From a virus: DNA of 42,128 nt. The stretch lies in the UHGV virus genome UHGV-0155081; one strand, given 5' to 3'. A program made the position numbers and the translations under genes. Below the pieces are notes generated by a model that saw nothing but the letters and a program-made list of their open reading frames with translations, was not told where the DNA came from and did not search any database. This document shows, one piece after another, positions 1 through 10,393 of this stretch. Every line of letters starts with the position of its first letter. Position 1 is the first letter of the stretch.

Positions 1-49
1 GCATACCAAATGCCACTATTCTAGTTGTTCTTAACTGGCTGATATTGAT

Positions 50-2794
50 TCAAATCGCGTTCAGGTCTTTCTTATTTAACCATGCTTTCAGAGCGGCAAC
101 ACTGCGTGTAATTTCTTCGTGTGGAAGGGGGGCAGATAATGGCTGCTGCTCCAGTTGTGCGCAAAGCTGGCTGGCGCTACGCATTCCCAGACTCGTGCAA
201 CTGCTTTTTAGCTGATGTGCGGCACGCTTTATTTTTTCGCTGTTCTGGCTGGCGCGGGCAATGTCGATTTCATCGAGAAGCGGCAGGGCATGTTGTTTAA
301 ATAATATCAGCCATTCGTGGATCTTCTCCGTCCCCATCAACTGAGCATCTTCATTGAGTTGCGATACATCCAGCGGTTGATCGTTATTGACTTGCAGTTG
401 GAGATAGTGCGCCAGTAACTGACCGAGCACTTCACGCGGCACCGGTTTAGGGATAATCCCGCGAAATAATGAACTGGTACGCTGGCGCAACGTTTCGTCG
501 ATGACATGAGCGCTAAAGCCAATCAAAACCAGCGACGGATATTGCTGTGCCAGTTGCCGGGCAAGCGTAATGCCGTCGATATCGGGCAGATCAAAATCCA
601 CCAGTGCGGCAGCAAACGGTTCGCTATTTTGCAACGTCTCTATCGCGTGCGCGGCATTGCCAACAGCAACGACCTGCGCACCACTGTTGTTCAGCATCTC
701 AACGGTAATTCGCTGGGTTAGCGGGTTATCTTCAATTAACAGCAAACGTAAACCGTCCAGATGCACCGCCTGATTGACTGTTTTTGGCACGGGTGCAGTG
801 GCAACACGTAACGGCAAGCGTAAACAAAAACAGCTTCCAACCTCCGGCGTGCTGGTGGCGCTCAGTTCGCCGCTCATCGCCTGGGCCAGACGGCTACTGA
901 TAGTCAGCCCCAGCCCGGTGCCGCCGCGTTTGCCGCTAACCTGAACAAATGGCTGGAAGATTTCAGCCAGTTTCGCGGGATCAATACCGCAGCCGCTGTC
1001 TTCCACTTCGACCAGCCACAGCTCGCCATCAGTGCGACTACGCAGGATAATGTACCCTTCGTCGGTGAAACGCAGGGCGTTGCTCAACAGGTTGGTAATG
1101 ACCTGACGAATACGCCGCGGATCGCCCATTAACGCAGTCGGTACATCGTCGGCAATTTCAGTTGCCAGGCGAATCGGGCGACCTTTCACCCGTCCGCTCA
1201 TTAATTGCAGGGTACTTTCCAGCAACGGGCGCGGTTCAAAGGGTTCATCGCTGACCGAAACATTCTTGCCGCCTGCTTCGATAGCCGAATAATCGAGAAT
1301 ATCGTTGAGGATGGTCAGCAACGATTCACCAGAGTCGGTAATTGCCCGCAAATCATCGCGCTGGGCATTAAGTGCGGGGTTATCTGCCAGCAGTTGCGCG
1401 GTGCCAAGAATACCGTACAGCGGTGTGCGGATCTCATGGCTCATCGCCGCCAGAAACGCCGATTTTGCCTGGCTGGCTTTTTCTGCTTCCGCCCGTGCCT
1501 GTCGGTGTTCTATCACCAGCTCCTGCAATTCAGCTGTACGCGCTTTGACCTGTGCCGCCAGCTGTTCGCGGTGGCGATTCAGCGCATGAACACTGCTGCG
1601 AAACGCATCCATCAGCCGCCCGATGGTATCCAGCTCCCGCACGCCAGCGGTTTCCGGAAAAGGGGAGTCGATATCACCGTCCAGTAAGCGTTGCAGCGCC
1701 TGCGTTTGTTCGGCAAGTGGACGCGTGACTGAGCGATAAACCACGCGCCAGAGGATCAGAATCAATGCACAAAGTGAAACTATCCCCAGTAATAACAGGC
1801 TGTATTGCCCGCGTGAACTGGCTTTTTCCAGATGCGCCAGTCCGTGCTGATTACGTAGCTCAATGGTGTCGACCAGCTGACTGACTTCGCTACTAAACTG
1901 CGCGAACTGGGCGATGTTATTTTGGGCGAGAGTTTGCAGGCGATTGCTGATTTCACTGTCCTGCTGATACAGCGCCAGCAAATCGTTATATTGGCTAACG
2001 GTAGTTAACGTTGTTGCGACCTGAGCACGAACTCCCGGATCTTCAATGCGTATTTGCCGACGTTGCAGAATTTTCACCGCATTATTGAGCTGCTTTTCCA
2101 GCGTTGGCGCATTTTTCTGGATCTGTTCCAACCCCAGATTCATCACCATTTGCTGCACCCGCAGGGCGCTAAGGCGCAGTTCATTCATCTGGTTAACATA
2201 CTCAAGATCGATATCAATCAGCCGATCGAGTGCACTTTCTGCGGCCTGACGCTGATGTTGTTCGATCAAATCGTAAATCCCGGCCTGGGTCGCTCCGGCG
2301 GAGGTTGCCGCATTATTCGCCTGACCTTGCGCCAGGCGTGCGATTTCATCAGCGGCGGCGACTATCTGCTGACTGAGTTGCTGTTGTTGCTGGCGCAGTT
2401 GCAAACGCTGCCCCACCAGCTCCCCTTGTTGACGTAACGAACGGGAAATCTCCTGCTCCTGTTGTTCAATAGCGGTGGTATCAAAACCTTGTTCCCGTAA
2501 CGCTTGCAGCAACGCATTAATCTTCAGGCTTTGTGCGGTGAGCATTCGCCCCTGCGCCTGCCACATCTTTTCGTTATCGGCACTGGTCAGGTTCTGCGCG
2601 GCGAAAAGTTCCCAGGCGCTGGCTTCGCTCAACTGGCGCGCCATATTCATGGTAGGAATCAATGCCTGAGTGTTGTCTTTTTCCACCTGGCTGATAAAGC
2701 GCAGGTTGTACCATCCCACCAGGGTACTGGTCAGGGTTAACAGCGCCATCAGGGCAAAGCCCATCCAGAGTCTTCGGGTCAGGGTTAAATTCAC
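50..2794 (-). CDS. torS: TorS hybrid sensor histidine kinase (TMAO respiration two-component system), complete 914 aa
   Basis: Full-length ORF in six-frame track; HisKA motif ([10 protein letters not shown]), HATPase motifs (GTGLGLTIS), receiver and HPt-like C-terminus; matches E. coli TorS as I remember it. Confidence 0.93.
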   Translation of the reverse strand: MNLTLTRRLWMGFALMALLTLTSTLVGWYNLRFISQVEKDNTQALIPTMNMARQLSEASAWELFAAQNLTSADNEKMWQAQGRMLTAQSLKINALLQALREQGFDTTAIEQQEQEISRSLRQQGELVGQRLQLRQQQQQLSQQIVAAADEIARLAQGQANNAATSAGATQAGIYDLIEQHQRQAAESALDRLIDIDLEYVNQMNELRLSALRVQQMVMNLGLEQIQKNAPTLEKQLNNAVKILQRRQIRIEDPGVRAQVATTLTTVSQYNDLLALYQQDSEISNRLQTLAQNNIAQFAQFSSEVSQLVDTIELRNQHGLAHLEKASSRGQYSLLLLGIVSLCALILILWRVVYRSVTRPLAEQTQALQRLLDGDIDSPFPETAGVRELDTIGRLMDAFRSSVHALNRHREQLAAQVKARTAELQELVIEHRQARAEAEKASQAKSAFLAAMSHEIRTPLYGILGTAQLLADNPALNAQRDDLRAITDSGESLLTILNDILDYSAIEAGGKNVSVSDEPFEPRPLLESTLQLMSGRVKGRPIRLATEIADDVPTALMGDPRRIRQVITNLLSNALRFTDEGYIILRSRTDGELWLVEVEDSGCGIDPAKLAEIFQPFVQVSGKRGGTGLGLTISSRLAQAMSGELSATSTPEVGSCFCLRLPLRVATAPVPKTVNQAVHLDGLRLLLIEDNPLTQRITVEMLNNSGAQVVAVGNAAHAIETLQNSEPFAAALVDFDLPDIDGITLARQLAQQYPSLVLIGFSAHVIDETLRQRTSSLFRGIIPKPVPREVLGQLLAHYLQLQVNNDQPLDVSQLNEDAQLMGTEKIHEWLILFKQHALPLLDEIDIARASQNSEKIKRAAHQLKSSCTSLGMRSASQLCAQLEQQPLSAPLPHEEITRSVAALKAWLNKKDLNAI

Positions 2795-2888
2795 GGTCGG
2801 TGCACTTAAGGTGAATAAGTTGTATATTTGAAATCTCTTTTATTATCAATGAATTAATGTAAGCAGGTCATTATTAGTCAAAATAAAA
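2795..2888. other. Candidate attL / phage-host junction (between torS start and int 3' end)
   Basis: In lambda-type prophages attL lies just beyond the 3' end of int; AT-rich 94-bp spacer here; core not determinable without the attR copy. Confidence 0.4.
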
Positions 2889-3962
2889 TCATTTGTCGAT
2901 TTCAATTTTGTCCCATTCCCGTCCACGGCTGTCCCTATACCGCGCCGCCATTGAATCTGATTTATGCCCGAGAAGACGTTGAGCAAACTTATCGCCAATC
3001 TGGTTCCGGTATAGCCTCGCTGACAGGCTACGCAGTTCATGGAATGTTGGCGGGTTTCCATCAAATGAGAGTCCAGATGCATTTCTCGCCTTTGTAAAAT
3101 ACTTTGATACTGTTTTCGGGGAAAGCGGATCGTGATGCTTTGATGCGATTATAGTTTCACTGCTGCTGGCATCCCTGCATTTCTGTAGTGTATCAGCCAA
3201 TGAGATATTGAGCGCGTCAATCGTTAGCATTAGCGGAATGGCGAGTTTAGCCCCTGTTTTACTCTGTTCAATGTGAAGATGGTTGTCGTTTATGTCTGAC
3301 CATTTCATTCTGCACAAATCGCCGACTCTCTGCCCTGTAACGACGGCCAAATCCATCGCCAGCCTTAGCCAGATAGGGAGAGGTTCGGCTGCATGGTAAA
3401 TCTCGACATACTCATTAGCTGTCAGCCTTGAGCGCCTTACTTCTGACTTTGCTGTACGGGTTGCTGTTACCGGATTCGTTGCCACATGCCCCTCGGCTAT
3501 TGCTTCACGAAAAACGTCAACAAGGGTTGACCTGATTAATTTTGCGGAAGCTGCTTTACCTTCTGCTACGTAGGTGTTTAGCATTGCTGCCACTTCTTTC
3601 GTTGATATGTCAGTGAGCGGTTTGTCCGGCAATTTTCTTCGGATTGCCCTGATTTTGCTGGCGTAGTCGAGTAGAGTTTTCGGCCTGATCCCCCTTTCGG
3701 TGAGGATTCTTTCATATCGGTCAAGCCACACATGAAGAGTGATTGCGTCACCGCCTTTAATTCTGTCTATCAGTGATTTGCGTCCGCTGTCTGAGAGTAA
3801 CTCAATGTTGGCCTGTATAGCTTCAGTGATTGCTATCCTCCTGTCTCGGCCTAATCCAAACTCTTTACCCGTCCTTGGGTCCCTGTAGCAGTAATATCCA
3901 TTGTTTCTTATATAAAGGTTAGGAGGTAAATCCCGGCGCTCATGACTTCGCCTTCTTCCCAT
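2889..3962 (-). CDS. int: Tyrosine integrase, lambda Int family
   Basis: 357 aa; N-terminal arm-binding region and C-terminal catalytic region (HELRSLSARLY...LLGHKSDSMAARY) closely resemble lambda Int from memory. Confidence 0.93.
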   Translation of the reverse strand: MGRRRSHERRDLPPNLYIRNNGYYCYRDPRTGKEFGLGRDRRIAITEAIQANIELLSDSGRKSLIDRIKGGDAITLHVWLDRYERILTERGIRPKTLLDYASKIRAIRRKLPDKPLTDISTKEVAAMLNTYVAEGKAASAKLIRSTLVDVFREAIAEGHVATNPVTATRTAKSEVRRSRLTANEYVEIYHAAEPLPIWLRLAMDLAVVTGQRVGDLCRMKWSDINDNHLHIEQSKTGAKLAIPLMLTIDALNISLADTLQKCRDASSSETIIASKHHDPLSPKTVSKYFTKARNASGLSFDGNPPTFHELRSLSARLYRNQIGDKFAQRLLGHKSDSMAARYRDSRGREWDKIEIDK

Positions 3963-4158
3963 TTCTGATCCTCTTCAAAAGGCTACCTGTTACTGGTCGA
4001 TTTAAGTCAACCTTTACCGCTGATTCGTGGAACAGATACTCTCTTCCATCCTTAACCGGAGGAGGGAATATCCTGCACTCGCGTACCCATCGACGAACTG
4101 TTTCAAGGCTTCTTGGGCGCCGCTGGCGTGCGTTCCACTCCTGAAGTGTTAAGTACAT
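3940..4158 (-). CDS. xis: Excisionase Xis (lambda type)
   Basis: 72 aa, MYLTLQEWNARQRRPRSLETVRRWVRECRIFPPP..., essentially lambda Xis; overlaps int start as in lambda. Confidence 0.9.
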   Translation of the reverse strand: MYLTLQEWNARQRRPRSLETVRRWVRECRIFPPPVKDGREYLFHESAVKVDLNRPVTGSLLKRIRNGKKAKS

Positions 4159-4180
4159 CGCAAAGTCTCCGCAATTACAC

Positions 4181-4205
4181 GCAAGAAAAAACCGCCATCA
4201 GGCGG
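4181..4205 (-). terminator. Candidate rho-independent terminator upstream of xis (minus strand)
   Basis: Hairpin CCGCC-atca-GGCGG (4192..4205) followed on the minus strand by a U-run (A-run 4181..4191 on +). Confidence 0.4.
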
Positions 4206-4483
4206 CTTGGTGTTCTTTCAGTTCTTCAATTCGAATATTGGTTACGTCTGCATGCGCTATCTGCGCCCATATCATCCAGTGGTTATAGCAGTCGTTGATG
4301 TCCTCTGCTTCGATAACCCTGTCGAATGGCTCTCCATTCCATTCACCTGTGACTCGGAAGTGCATTTATCATCTCCATAAAACAAAACTCGCCGTAGCGA
4401 GTTCAGATAAAAGAAATCCCCGCGAGTTCGAGGATTGTTATTCATTGCCGATATTCACCTTTATCGCGAACACCTTTACCGGT

Positions 4484-4726
4484 TTATCTCCTTTGCATAG
4501 CACGTAATTTTTTCAGATGGTTCTCCTGTTCTGTTTCAGCCAGGATCTGGTGATATTCTCTGTGATCAATGTGTTCGAATAAATTATTGAATTTTCTGAT
4601 GCACACTCTTCCAGGATAGCCATCCATCCTCTTGAAGAATACTGAGTGATCAGTACTACGAATGATTTTTACTGGATAGCCAGCGCTATCGGTGTATATC
4701 TGACCACGTTGAATCAGAGAGAACAT
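4484..4726 (-). CDS. Hypothetical protein (ea/b-region accessory)
   Basis: 80-aa ORF in leftward operon; no recognisable family. Confidence 0.35.
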   Translation of the reverse strand: MFSLIQRGQIYTDSAGYPVKIIRSTDHSVFFKRMDGYPGRVCIRKFNNLFEHIDHREYHQILAETEQENHLKKLRAMQRR

Positions 4727-4792
4727 TCGTTTATCCCCAGATAAAAATATAGCAATACCAATTACATAAAATACTTCAGGCCAAGCATCATT

Positions 4793-5422
4793 TCACCCCT
4801 GCGGCGGTTCTGGTAGTGGCATCCAATTGATTACATCGCATTCAGGGATGCTGATATCATCACCAAGCCACCCTTGACCTTCAGACCAGCATTGCGCGTA
4901 ATACCCGTATTCTGTGTTCACTACGCACCACTGCGCGTCGTTCGGCATTCGCTCACTACAGCTTATCCAACTATCCGGAGTTACCGGAGAGTTGCCGGGT
5001 TCTTTAATGTGCAAGCGAGGCTCACCATCTTTTGGTTCAGGCCACTGGCGCTCCATGTTGATCTTCAATTTATCTTCCATAGCAGCGGTAATTTCAGCAT
5101 CGCTGATGCCAGCACGGCGCTGTGCATCCCACAACAGGAAATGCATATCAGCCCACTCGCTGAGATCGTCTGGTTCGGCTGCGGCTTCCAGAGCCTCTTT
5201 TGAGAGGTGTTTCAGTGGACCAATGGGGCCAACGCAGCCAAATGTGGAGTCAGACCATTTGGCATGCTCGTGGCGAATCAGTTCGCGTTCCAGTGATGCC
5301 AGTGCAATTCGTGCCAGTTCCTTAAGATTTTCGCTATATGGTGAAGTATTATCACGGTTGATTACGTGATTAGCTGTATCTATGAGAACTTGCTTTTGTT
5401 CTTCTCTGGTCATAGTGGTCAT
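4793..5422 (-). CDS. Hypothetical phage protein, DUF551-like C-terminus
   Basis: 209 aa; C-terminal WMPLPEPP motif typical of DUF551 prophage proteins. Confidence 0.5.
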   Translation of the reverse strand: MTTMTREEQKQVLIDTANHVINRDNTSPYSENLKELARIALASLERELIRHEHAKWSDSTFGCVGPIGPLKHLSKEALEAAAEPDDLSEWADMHFLLWDAQRRAGISDAEITAAMEDKLKINMERQWPEPKDGEPRLHIKEPGNSPVTPDSWISCSERMPNDAQWCVVNTEYGYYAQCWSEGQGWLGDDISIPECDVINWMPLPEPPQG

Positions 5423-5423
5423 A

Positions 5424-5723
5424 TCACATCACCCTGAAGCCGTTGCATTTACGTAAGAAATCGCAGATATAGCCCTTCATTTTTTCATGCCAATCTCGAT
5501 CATTCCCATTGCACCAACCATCAGGTGGAGTCCAGTTTTCTATCAGAGCAGCCATTTTCTTTGCTTTCGCCGGAGTAGCTGTTGCGGTATCGCAGTAATG
5601 ACGAGTGTCAACAAACTTATCCATGCCATCGATATCAAGTACGCAAAACCATGTGTGATTCGGCATTTCAACAGATGGTATTTGTTGCCCACGTCGACGT
5701 TTATCAATAAGACATACAGTCAC
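5424..5723 (-). CDS. Hypothetical protein
   Basis: 99-aa ORF tightly packed in leftward operon. Confidence 0.4.
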   Translation of the reverse strand: MTVCLIDKRRRGQQIPSVEMPNHTWFCVLDIDGMDKFVDTRHYCDTATATPAKAKKMAALIENWTPPDGWCNGNDRDWHEKMKGYICDFLRKCNGFRVM

Positions 5724-6106
5724 TGGTTGCCTCCTTTACGTAGCTCGGCGGCAAAAGCTACTGCGTGATCATGATGTTCAAGTGTGTATGCACACTCCGC
5801 AAACATCTCCACCCCCTGCGCCCGTACTTCAGCCAGGAAAGCATCGGTGGCTGGGGTTTCCGTGAAGTTGTCCTCCCAACCGTAGTGCTCCTGACGACAG
5901 AAGTTATTAAATTCCTTCTCCGACTGTTTAAGCGCCGCATTCTCCGCTGCCAGCGCCGCGCACTTGGCCTCCGCTTCAGCAAATTTACGCACCAGATATT
6001 CAGCGTTTGTTTCGTTAACCTTTAAATCTCGTGGGATGCATTTACCTTTCAGAAAACCATCCATCTCAATTAGTGACATTTGTTTCATTTCTTCCCACTC
6101 CGCCAC
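5720..6106 (-). CDS. Hypothetical protein
   Basis: 128-aa ORF; 4-nt overlap with downstream gene indicates translational coupling. Confidence 0.4.
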   Translation of the reverse strand: MAEWEEMKQMSLIEMDGFLKGKCIPRDLKVNETNAEYLVRKFAEAEAKCAALAAENAALKQSEKEFNNFCRQEHYGWEDNFTETPATDAFLAEVRAQGVEMFAECAYTLEHHDHAVAFAAELRKGGNQ

Positions 6107-6245
6107 ATTGCATTCAGATATTTGTTTTGATTCACTGATGGAAAAGAATTTCTCTTAAGTAATTCCTCTCTCGATGGCATTGGCTTTACGCGTTGGCGAA
6201 TAATCATTTCTGCCTGAAGAATGCCGGGATTGTAAGCAAGTCCTC

Positions 6246-6536
6246 TCATGATTTACTCTCCACGAACTGGTCAATAGCCATGCTAAGTGACACACCTAAA
6301 GTCTCGATATGCTGCTGAATATCCTGTAGCGTCTGCGCCTGAGATAACAGGATTTCACGGTTGCATAACTCTTTAACCAGATGCTCAAACTTGCTGTAAT
6401 AACCGATACGACTTAGTGTTTCTTTCCCTGCATTCTCACCTTCTTTGATAATTCCTCTTTCGCTTAGAATCAGATCGTGTTTGGTTCCGGTAATAACGTA
6501 TTTTCCGAGGTCGATGTTTAGCTTCATTGTTTTCAT
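6246..6536 (-). CDS. Hypothetical protein (start refined to internal Met)
   Basis: Track ORF 6246..6689; a start at 6536 (MKTMKLNID...) has RBS TGAGGA overlapping the stop of the upstream gene, removing a 143-nt overlap. Confidence 0.4.
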   Translation of the reverse strand: MKTMKLNIDLGKYVITGTKHDLILSERGIIKEGENAGKETLSRIGYYSKFEHLVKELCNREILLSQAQTLQDIQQHIETLGVSLSMAIDQFVESKS

Positions 6537-6546
6537 TGTTAATTCC

Positions 6547-6843
6547 TCAGTCATTACTGATAGCGCCATAGCGTGAGCGGTAATTACGCAGGCGCGGGTC
6601 GATATATTCAGGGAAGTGGGTATATGTGGCTTTGCGGAATGGTCGGATTGATGTCTGGTAAATTCGCTCGCGTTCTTCTTTCTCTGCAAGCCATATACAA
6701 TGGCGAAATTCCTTTTCCTCTTTCGTTTCCTGCGGTAGCGACATTATCCGGTTGTAGTTTTTCCTGAATTTATCCAGCACCTCCGATACGGAATTGCCGG
6801 AACAGCGGCGCGCGTCGTCCGCACCATACAGAGGCGCTGGCAT
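6547..6843 (-). CDS. Hypothetical protein
   Basis: 98-aa ORF, stop embedded in RBS of next gene. Confidence 0.35.
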   Translation of the reverse strand: MPAPLYGADDARRCSGNSVSEVLDKFRKNYNRIMSLPQETKEEKEFRHCIWLAEKEERERIYQTSIRPFRKATYTHFPEYIDPRLRNYRSRYGAISND

Positions 6844-6901
6844 GATTTTCTCCTGATTAAATTGCGTGAATAGCGTGACGAGGGAAGGGGAGAGTTACTG
6901 G

Positions 6902-7336
6902 CTACTCGTCTGGGTAGATAGGTTTGTTATGTTTGTGCCACTCGACATGACATGACTTGCAGAGCCACATCACATCGGTTGGTTTGCTGTAGTCACAGTG
7001 GTGCGCCTGTGGTTTGCATTCTGATCCGCAGCACTCACATTGTGGTGGTCGGATTAGCTTACCGTCGCGCAAAAAATTACCCACGATGATGTGGGCTTTT
7101 CTTTTCCATGGGTTGCTCTGAATGAACCGCTTTTTGGCTGCGTTACACCGTTCTCTGCCGCGTTCCGATGATTGATATTCTCTCCTTGCTGATACTCGAT
7201 GTGGCAATCCCGCGCGCTCTTTGTCGTATTCAGCCAGGCAAGCCCGGCAAGCGGCAGTTAATCCATCTCTGGATGCTCTTCTGATTTGAAAGTCCCTTTC
7301 TTCCTTCTGTTGATGGCATCTTGAGCAGATTTTCAT
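6902..7336 (-). CDS. Cys-rich Zn-binding protein, HNH-nuclease-like
   Basis: 144 aa with CxxC/CxxC clusters and H..WH-type motif (CKSCHVEWHKHN); family assignment from motif only. Confidence 0.4.
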   Translation of the reverse strand: MKICSRCHQQKEERDFQIRRASRDGLTAACRACLAEYDKERAGLPHRVSARREYQSSERGRERCNAAKKRFIQSNPWKRKAHIIVGNFLRDGKLIRPPQCECCGSECKPQAHHCDYSKPTDVMWLCKSCHVEWHKHNKPIYPDE

Positions 7337-7345
7337 ATTCAGCTC

Positions 7346-7819
7346 CTAGAACGGAATATCCGAATCGTCGAAGTTCATAGGTGGTTCGCTGTGATTGCCC
7401 TGCTGCTGAGATTGCTGTCTTTGTTGCTGACCGTTATTTCGCTGAGGTGAAGACTGTTCATTGCCTCCTTGCTTGCCACCAAGCATTTGCATGGTTCCAC
7501 CAACGCCTACGATAACTTCGGTAGTGAACCGATCCTGTCCGCTTTGATCCTGCCATTTTCTTGTCCGCAATTTGCCTTCAAGATAAACCTCAGAGCCTTT
7601 TCGCAGATATTCGCTGGCAATTTCTGCCAGTTTCCCGCTCATTACCACACGGTGCCACTCCGTCTGCTCCTTTTGCTCTCCAGTTTGCTTATCGCGCCAT
7701 TGTTCTGACGTAGCAACTGTAATGTTTGCAAATGCCGTTCCTGATGATGAATATCTGATTTCTGGATCATGCCCAAGGCGACCAATAATGATCACCTTAT
7801 TTACGCCTCTGCTTGCCAT
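7346..7819 (-). CDS. ssb: Single-stranded DNA-binding protein
   Basis: 157 aa; OB-fold N-terminus like E. coli SSB, Gly/Gln-rich linker and acidic tail DDSDIPF. Confidence 0.88.
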   Translation of the reverse strand: MASRGVNKVIIIGRLGHDPEIRYSSSGTAFANITVATSEQWRDKQTGEQKEQTEWHRVVMSGKLAEIASEYLRKGSEVYLEGKLRTRKWQDQSGQDRFTTEVIVGVGGTMQMLGGKQGGNEQSSPQRNNGQQQRQQSQQQGNHSEPPMNFDDSDIPF

Positions 7820-8527
7820 TTATGCCGCCTGTTTTAGCTCGTTAACTCTGATGTTCATTACCTGAACGCATTTAGCCTGCGCATCCTCATTGCCAGCCAT
7901 TAATTGCCAGTCACGCTGATAACGCTCGATGAGTTTTTTCTTGTCAGTTTCTGTTGACGCATAATCGCTGAAGTCTTTCAGGATTTGTTCGCAGTCAACC
8001 GATGGAGATTTCTGGTTGGTATTTTCTGGTGATGGTTTGTTATCTGATGCTGGGATTGCCCATCCCGGCAGCGATGGAGGGAGCCAGTAAAATCCTGTTC
8101 CATCCTTGAGTTTTGCCCTGTGCCATCCCTGCTTTTTATCGAGAGATGTTTGTGCAAAACCTTCCTCAAGGTTATACAGATACCGACCGATTCCCCACTG
8201 AACGGCAGCGCGCTTCATTGCACCGGAACGACCACCTTTGACGGCTTCTACCTGCGTGTTTTCAGCGGCATCCCATTTGGTTACCCATTCGGAATCAATC
8301 TTGATTGATATGCCGCATTCAACTCCGCCGTTGTTGGGAATATCGCGGTATTCATTGCGCCATCCTGCTTTGCCGCAAACATCGTCCAGGCGCTTCATGA
8401 TTGCCCGGTTCGTGACATAAGCCAGCACCATAGCCCACACCTTGCCATCGCGTGTTTTACCGCTTTGCTGTATTCGCCATTCGATATCTTCAGGGCTGAA
8501 TGGCTCATCGAATTTGTTCAAATCCAT
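7820..8527 (-). CDS. erf: Erf-family single-strand annealing recombinase
   Basis: 235 aa; position next to ssb in PL operon and similarity to P22 Erf family. Confidence 0.7.
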   Translation of the reverse strand: MDLNKFDEPFSPEDIEWRIQQSGKTRDGKVWAMVLAYVTNRAIMKRLDDVCGKAGWRNEYRDIPNNGGVECGISIKIDSEWVTKWDAAENTQVEAVKGGRSGAMKRAAVQWGIGRYLYNLEEGFAQTSLDKKQGWHRAKLKDGTGFYWLPPSLPGWAIPASDNKPSPENTNQKSPSVDCEQILKDFSDYASTETDKKKLIERYQRDWQLMAGNEDAQAKCVQVMNIRVNELKQAA

Positions 8528-8614
8528 AATTCACCTCAGAATGGACATGGCCCAAGGAAATAACGCTGATTTAATACTTCAGTCTTTGCCGCATTCAAAA
8601 ATACGCGAACACCT

Positions 8615-8785
8615 TCACGATCTCCCTTCTGGCGATACATTAACGCCTGCTGCGTGTACATGCGCCTCTGTAACTTGCTCTCCTTCACTGTGGTTGCAAG
8701 TGACATGAATATCTCCTTCGTTACCGATTAAATCTTTCATCTGACGAATGAATTCTTCGTCTGACCAGTTATCTGTAAAACTCAT
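8615..8785 (-). CDS. Hypothetical small protein
   Basis: Start at internal Met (MSFTDNWSDEEF...) overlaps the stop of the upstream gene in ATGA fashion. Confidence 0.3.
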   Translation of the reverse strand: MSFTDNWSDEEFIRQMKDLIGNEGDIHVTCNHSEGEQVTEAHVHAAGVNVSPEGRS

Positions 8786-9003
8786 GGACGGCCTTGTTGT
8801 TTCAAAATATCCCAAAGCTTTTCGAGCAAACTTTTCATTCTTGGTTGTTTAAAGTCTGCTCCGGTTAAAATGTTTTTTCGTGAATGCTGTACCGATAAAA
8901 TCGGGTTGAAAGGGCGAACCGATGCCGCCCCTGCAATAGCGAACTGTTGCATAGGATGCTCCTTCTGTTTGATTGCATAACGAAAATGCCTCTCGTGAAG
9001 CAT
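8782..9003 (-). CDS. Hypothetical small protein
   Basis: 73-aa ORF in PL operon. Confidence 0.3.
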   Translation of the reverse strand: MLHERHFRYAIKQKEHPMQQFAIAGAASVRPFNPILSVQHSRKNILTGADFKQPRMKSLLEKLWDILKQQGRP

Positions 9004-9034
9004 TATTGGTATGCGGTAAAGCCGCGCTTGGCGG

Positions 9035-9283
9035 CTACTCTATTTCTTCTTCGAATGATTTTATTAGTCGGTCAATAACATCATCCGTTTCAATATCATT
9101 TCCGTCTGATTGCTTTAATACATCTATTGATTCTGCAGCGGTAAATTCCATCGCTGTGAGAAACTCGACAATTGCACACTCAACGACATATCGTTCTTCA
9201 TCTGTACGACATGAGATAAAAGAGCATTTAATTGCTGTTATTACTTTTTGTTTAAGCTCTGCAGGGTAATCAGTTTTTATCAT
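9035..9283 (-). CDS. Hypothetical acidic protein
   Basis: 82-aa ORF. Confidence 0.35.
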   Translation of the reverse strand: MIKTDYPAELKQKVITAIKCSFISCRTDEERYVVECAIVEFLTAMEFTAAESIDVLKQSDGNDIETDDVIDRLIKSFEEEIE

Positions 9284-9295
9284 CGTTTACTCCGT

Positions 9296-9325
9296 CAAAA
9301 AAAACTGCCCTCACATTGGAGGGCA
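9296..9325 (-). terminator. Rho-independent terminator in PL operon (tL-like)
   Basis: Hairpin TGCCCTC-acattg-GAGGGCA (9306..9325); minus strand reads hairpin then 8-nt U-run. Confidence 0.5.
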
Positions 9326-9460
9326 AAGAAGATTTCCAATAATCAGAACAAGTCGGCTCCTGTTTAGTTACGAGCGACATTGCTCCGTGTATTCACTCGT
9401 TGGAATGAATACACAGTGCAGTGTTTATTCTGTTGTTTATGCCAAAAATAAAGGCCACCA

Positions 9461-9712
9461 TCAGGCAGCCTTGTTGTAAATGTTGCAGGTATCAAGTAAG
9501 TAATTAGATGGAGCGCCATAAATTATGAATTCATCGTTTGTCGGGTCCATCTCCATCTCTTGGCCTATTGCCATTCTTGCGTCAGTGTCATCAGCTGCGA
9601 AGCATAAAACAGCCCACGCACCCATTGTTTTAAAAAGAACTGCAATTGGCTGTGGTTTTACTGAATTTGCGTTAGCGCGAAAATCATAAATCGCACTTTC
9701 ATGAAATTCCAT
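9461..9712 (-). CDS. Hypothetical protein
   Basis: 83-aa ORF immediately downstream of N. Confidence 0.35.
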   Translation of the reverse strand: MEFHESAIYDFRANANSVKPQPIAVLFKTMGAWAVLCFAADDTDARMAIGQEMEMDPTNDEFIIYGAPSNYLLDTCNIYNKAA

Positions 9713-9720
9713 ATATCACC

Positions 9721-10026
9721 TCAATCGTAATAAGCTGGAATTGATTTTCCGCGTTGCTTCTGGCGGCCTGAGCAGGTCACACCCATTTCACTGCGTGGCT
9801 TGCGGTAGTAAATACGGTTCTGTTTACGCTCGACTTCTTCTGCCTTCTTGCAGCGAAGGCTTCCGAGTGATGCTGCTTTATCTGCTCTGACGCAACCAGA
9901 GAGCTTTAGCGCAATTTTTCGCGCCAGCCGCTGTTCTTGCATTGCCTGCTCACGTTGAGCCTGTCTGCGTGCTCTGCGGCGATTTCTGGCGTTATCGTCA
10001 GCCAGATATGTTATGACGACTGTCAT
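9721..10026 (-). CDS. N: Antitermination protein N
   Basis: 101 aa; N-terminal arginine-rich motif (DNARNRRRARRQAQ) and C-terminal YYRKP...GVTCSGRQKQRGKSIP resemble lambda N; nutL immediately upstream. Confidence 0.75.
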   Translation of the reverse strand: MTVVITYLADDNARNRRRARRQAQREQAMQEQRLARKIALKLSGCVRADKAASLGSLRCKKAEEVERKQNRIYYRKPRSEMGVTCSGRQKQRGKSIPAYYD

Positions 10027-10133
10027 GTTGACCTCCGATGATTGACTTTGGCGGTGACGCGCCGGGTGCTTATCTTCCGGTTGCCGTCGTGCAGCTGCAC
10101 TTCACGTCACCCCAAAGCCAACTACTCTTTGGT

Positions 10134-10176
10134 TCCCGCATTTCGGCGGGACAATCCCATCAATGTTAAAGAGCCT
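10134..10176 (-). promoter_or_regulatory. nutL: boxA (GCTCTTTAACA, 10165..10175) and boxB hairpin (TCCCGCCGAAATGCGGGA, 10134..10151)
   Basis: boxA matches rrn/lambdoid boxA consensus; boxB is identical in sequence to the nutR boxB on the other strand. Confidence 0.7.
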
Positions 10177-10222
10177 GCCAATCTGTTCCGTTTGGCTTCC
10201 AGCGTCCTGCTGCTGGCTAAAG

Positions 10223-10307
10223 AATACTGTAGGTATTTTATTGTGTAAATACCCAAGGTATTTATTTTTGATGAAATAATGATAAACAAATGAATACAAA
10301 GGATATT
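10223..10307. promoter_or_regulatory. OL operator cluster / pL region
   Basis: Three 15-bp palindromes of form AATAC-N5-GTATT at 10223..10237, 10248..10262, 10293..10307 (third imperfect), same motif as in OR. Confidence 0.5.
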
Positions 10308-10393
10308 TATTTTTTCGGTGTCTGCTTGCTCAGTGCTTTTTATGCGGGATATGTGAAGTGGATCCCGATAGCTATTGCTGCCGGGATTATAGG

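Noticed and set aside
337-2849. Multiple 60-160 aa ORFs inside or antisense to torS (e.g. 1205..1687, 2054..2437)
   Set aside because: All overlap the full-length torS ORF in other frames; typical shadow ORFs of a GC-rich gene
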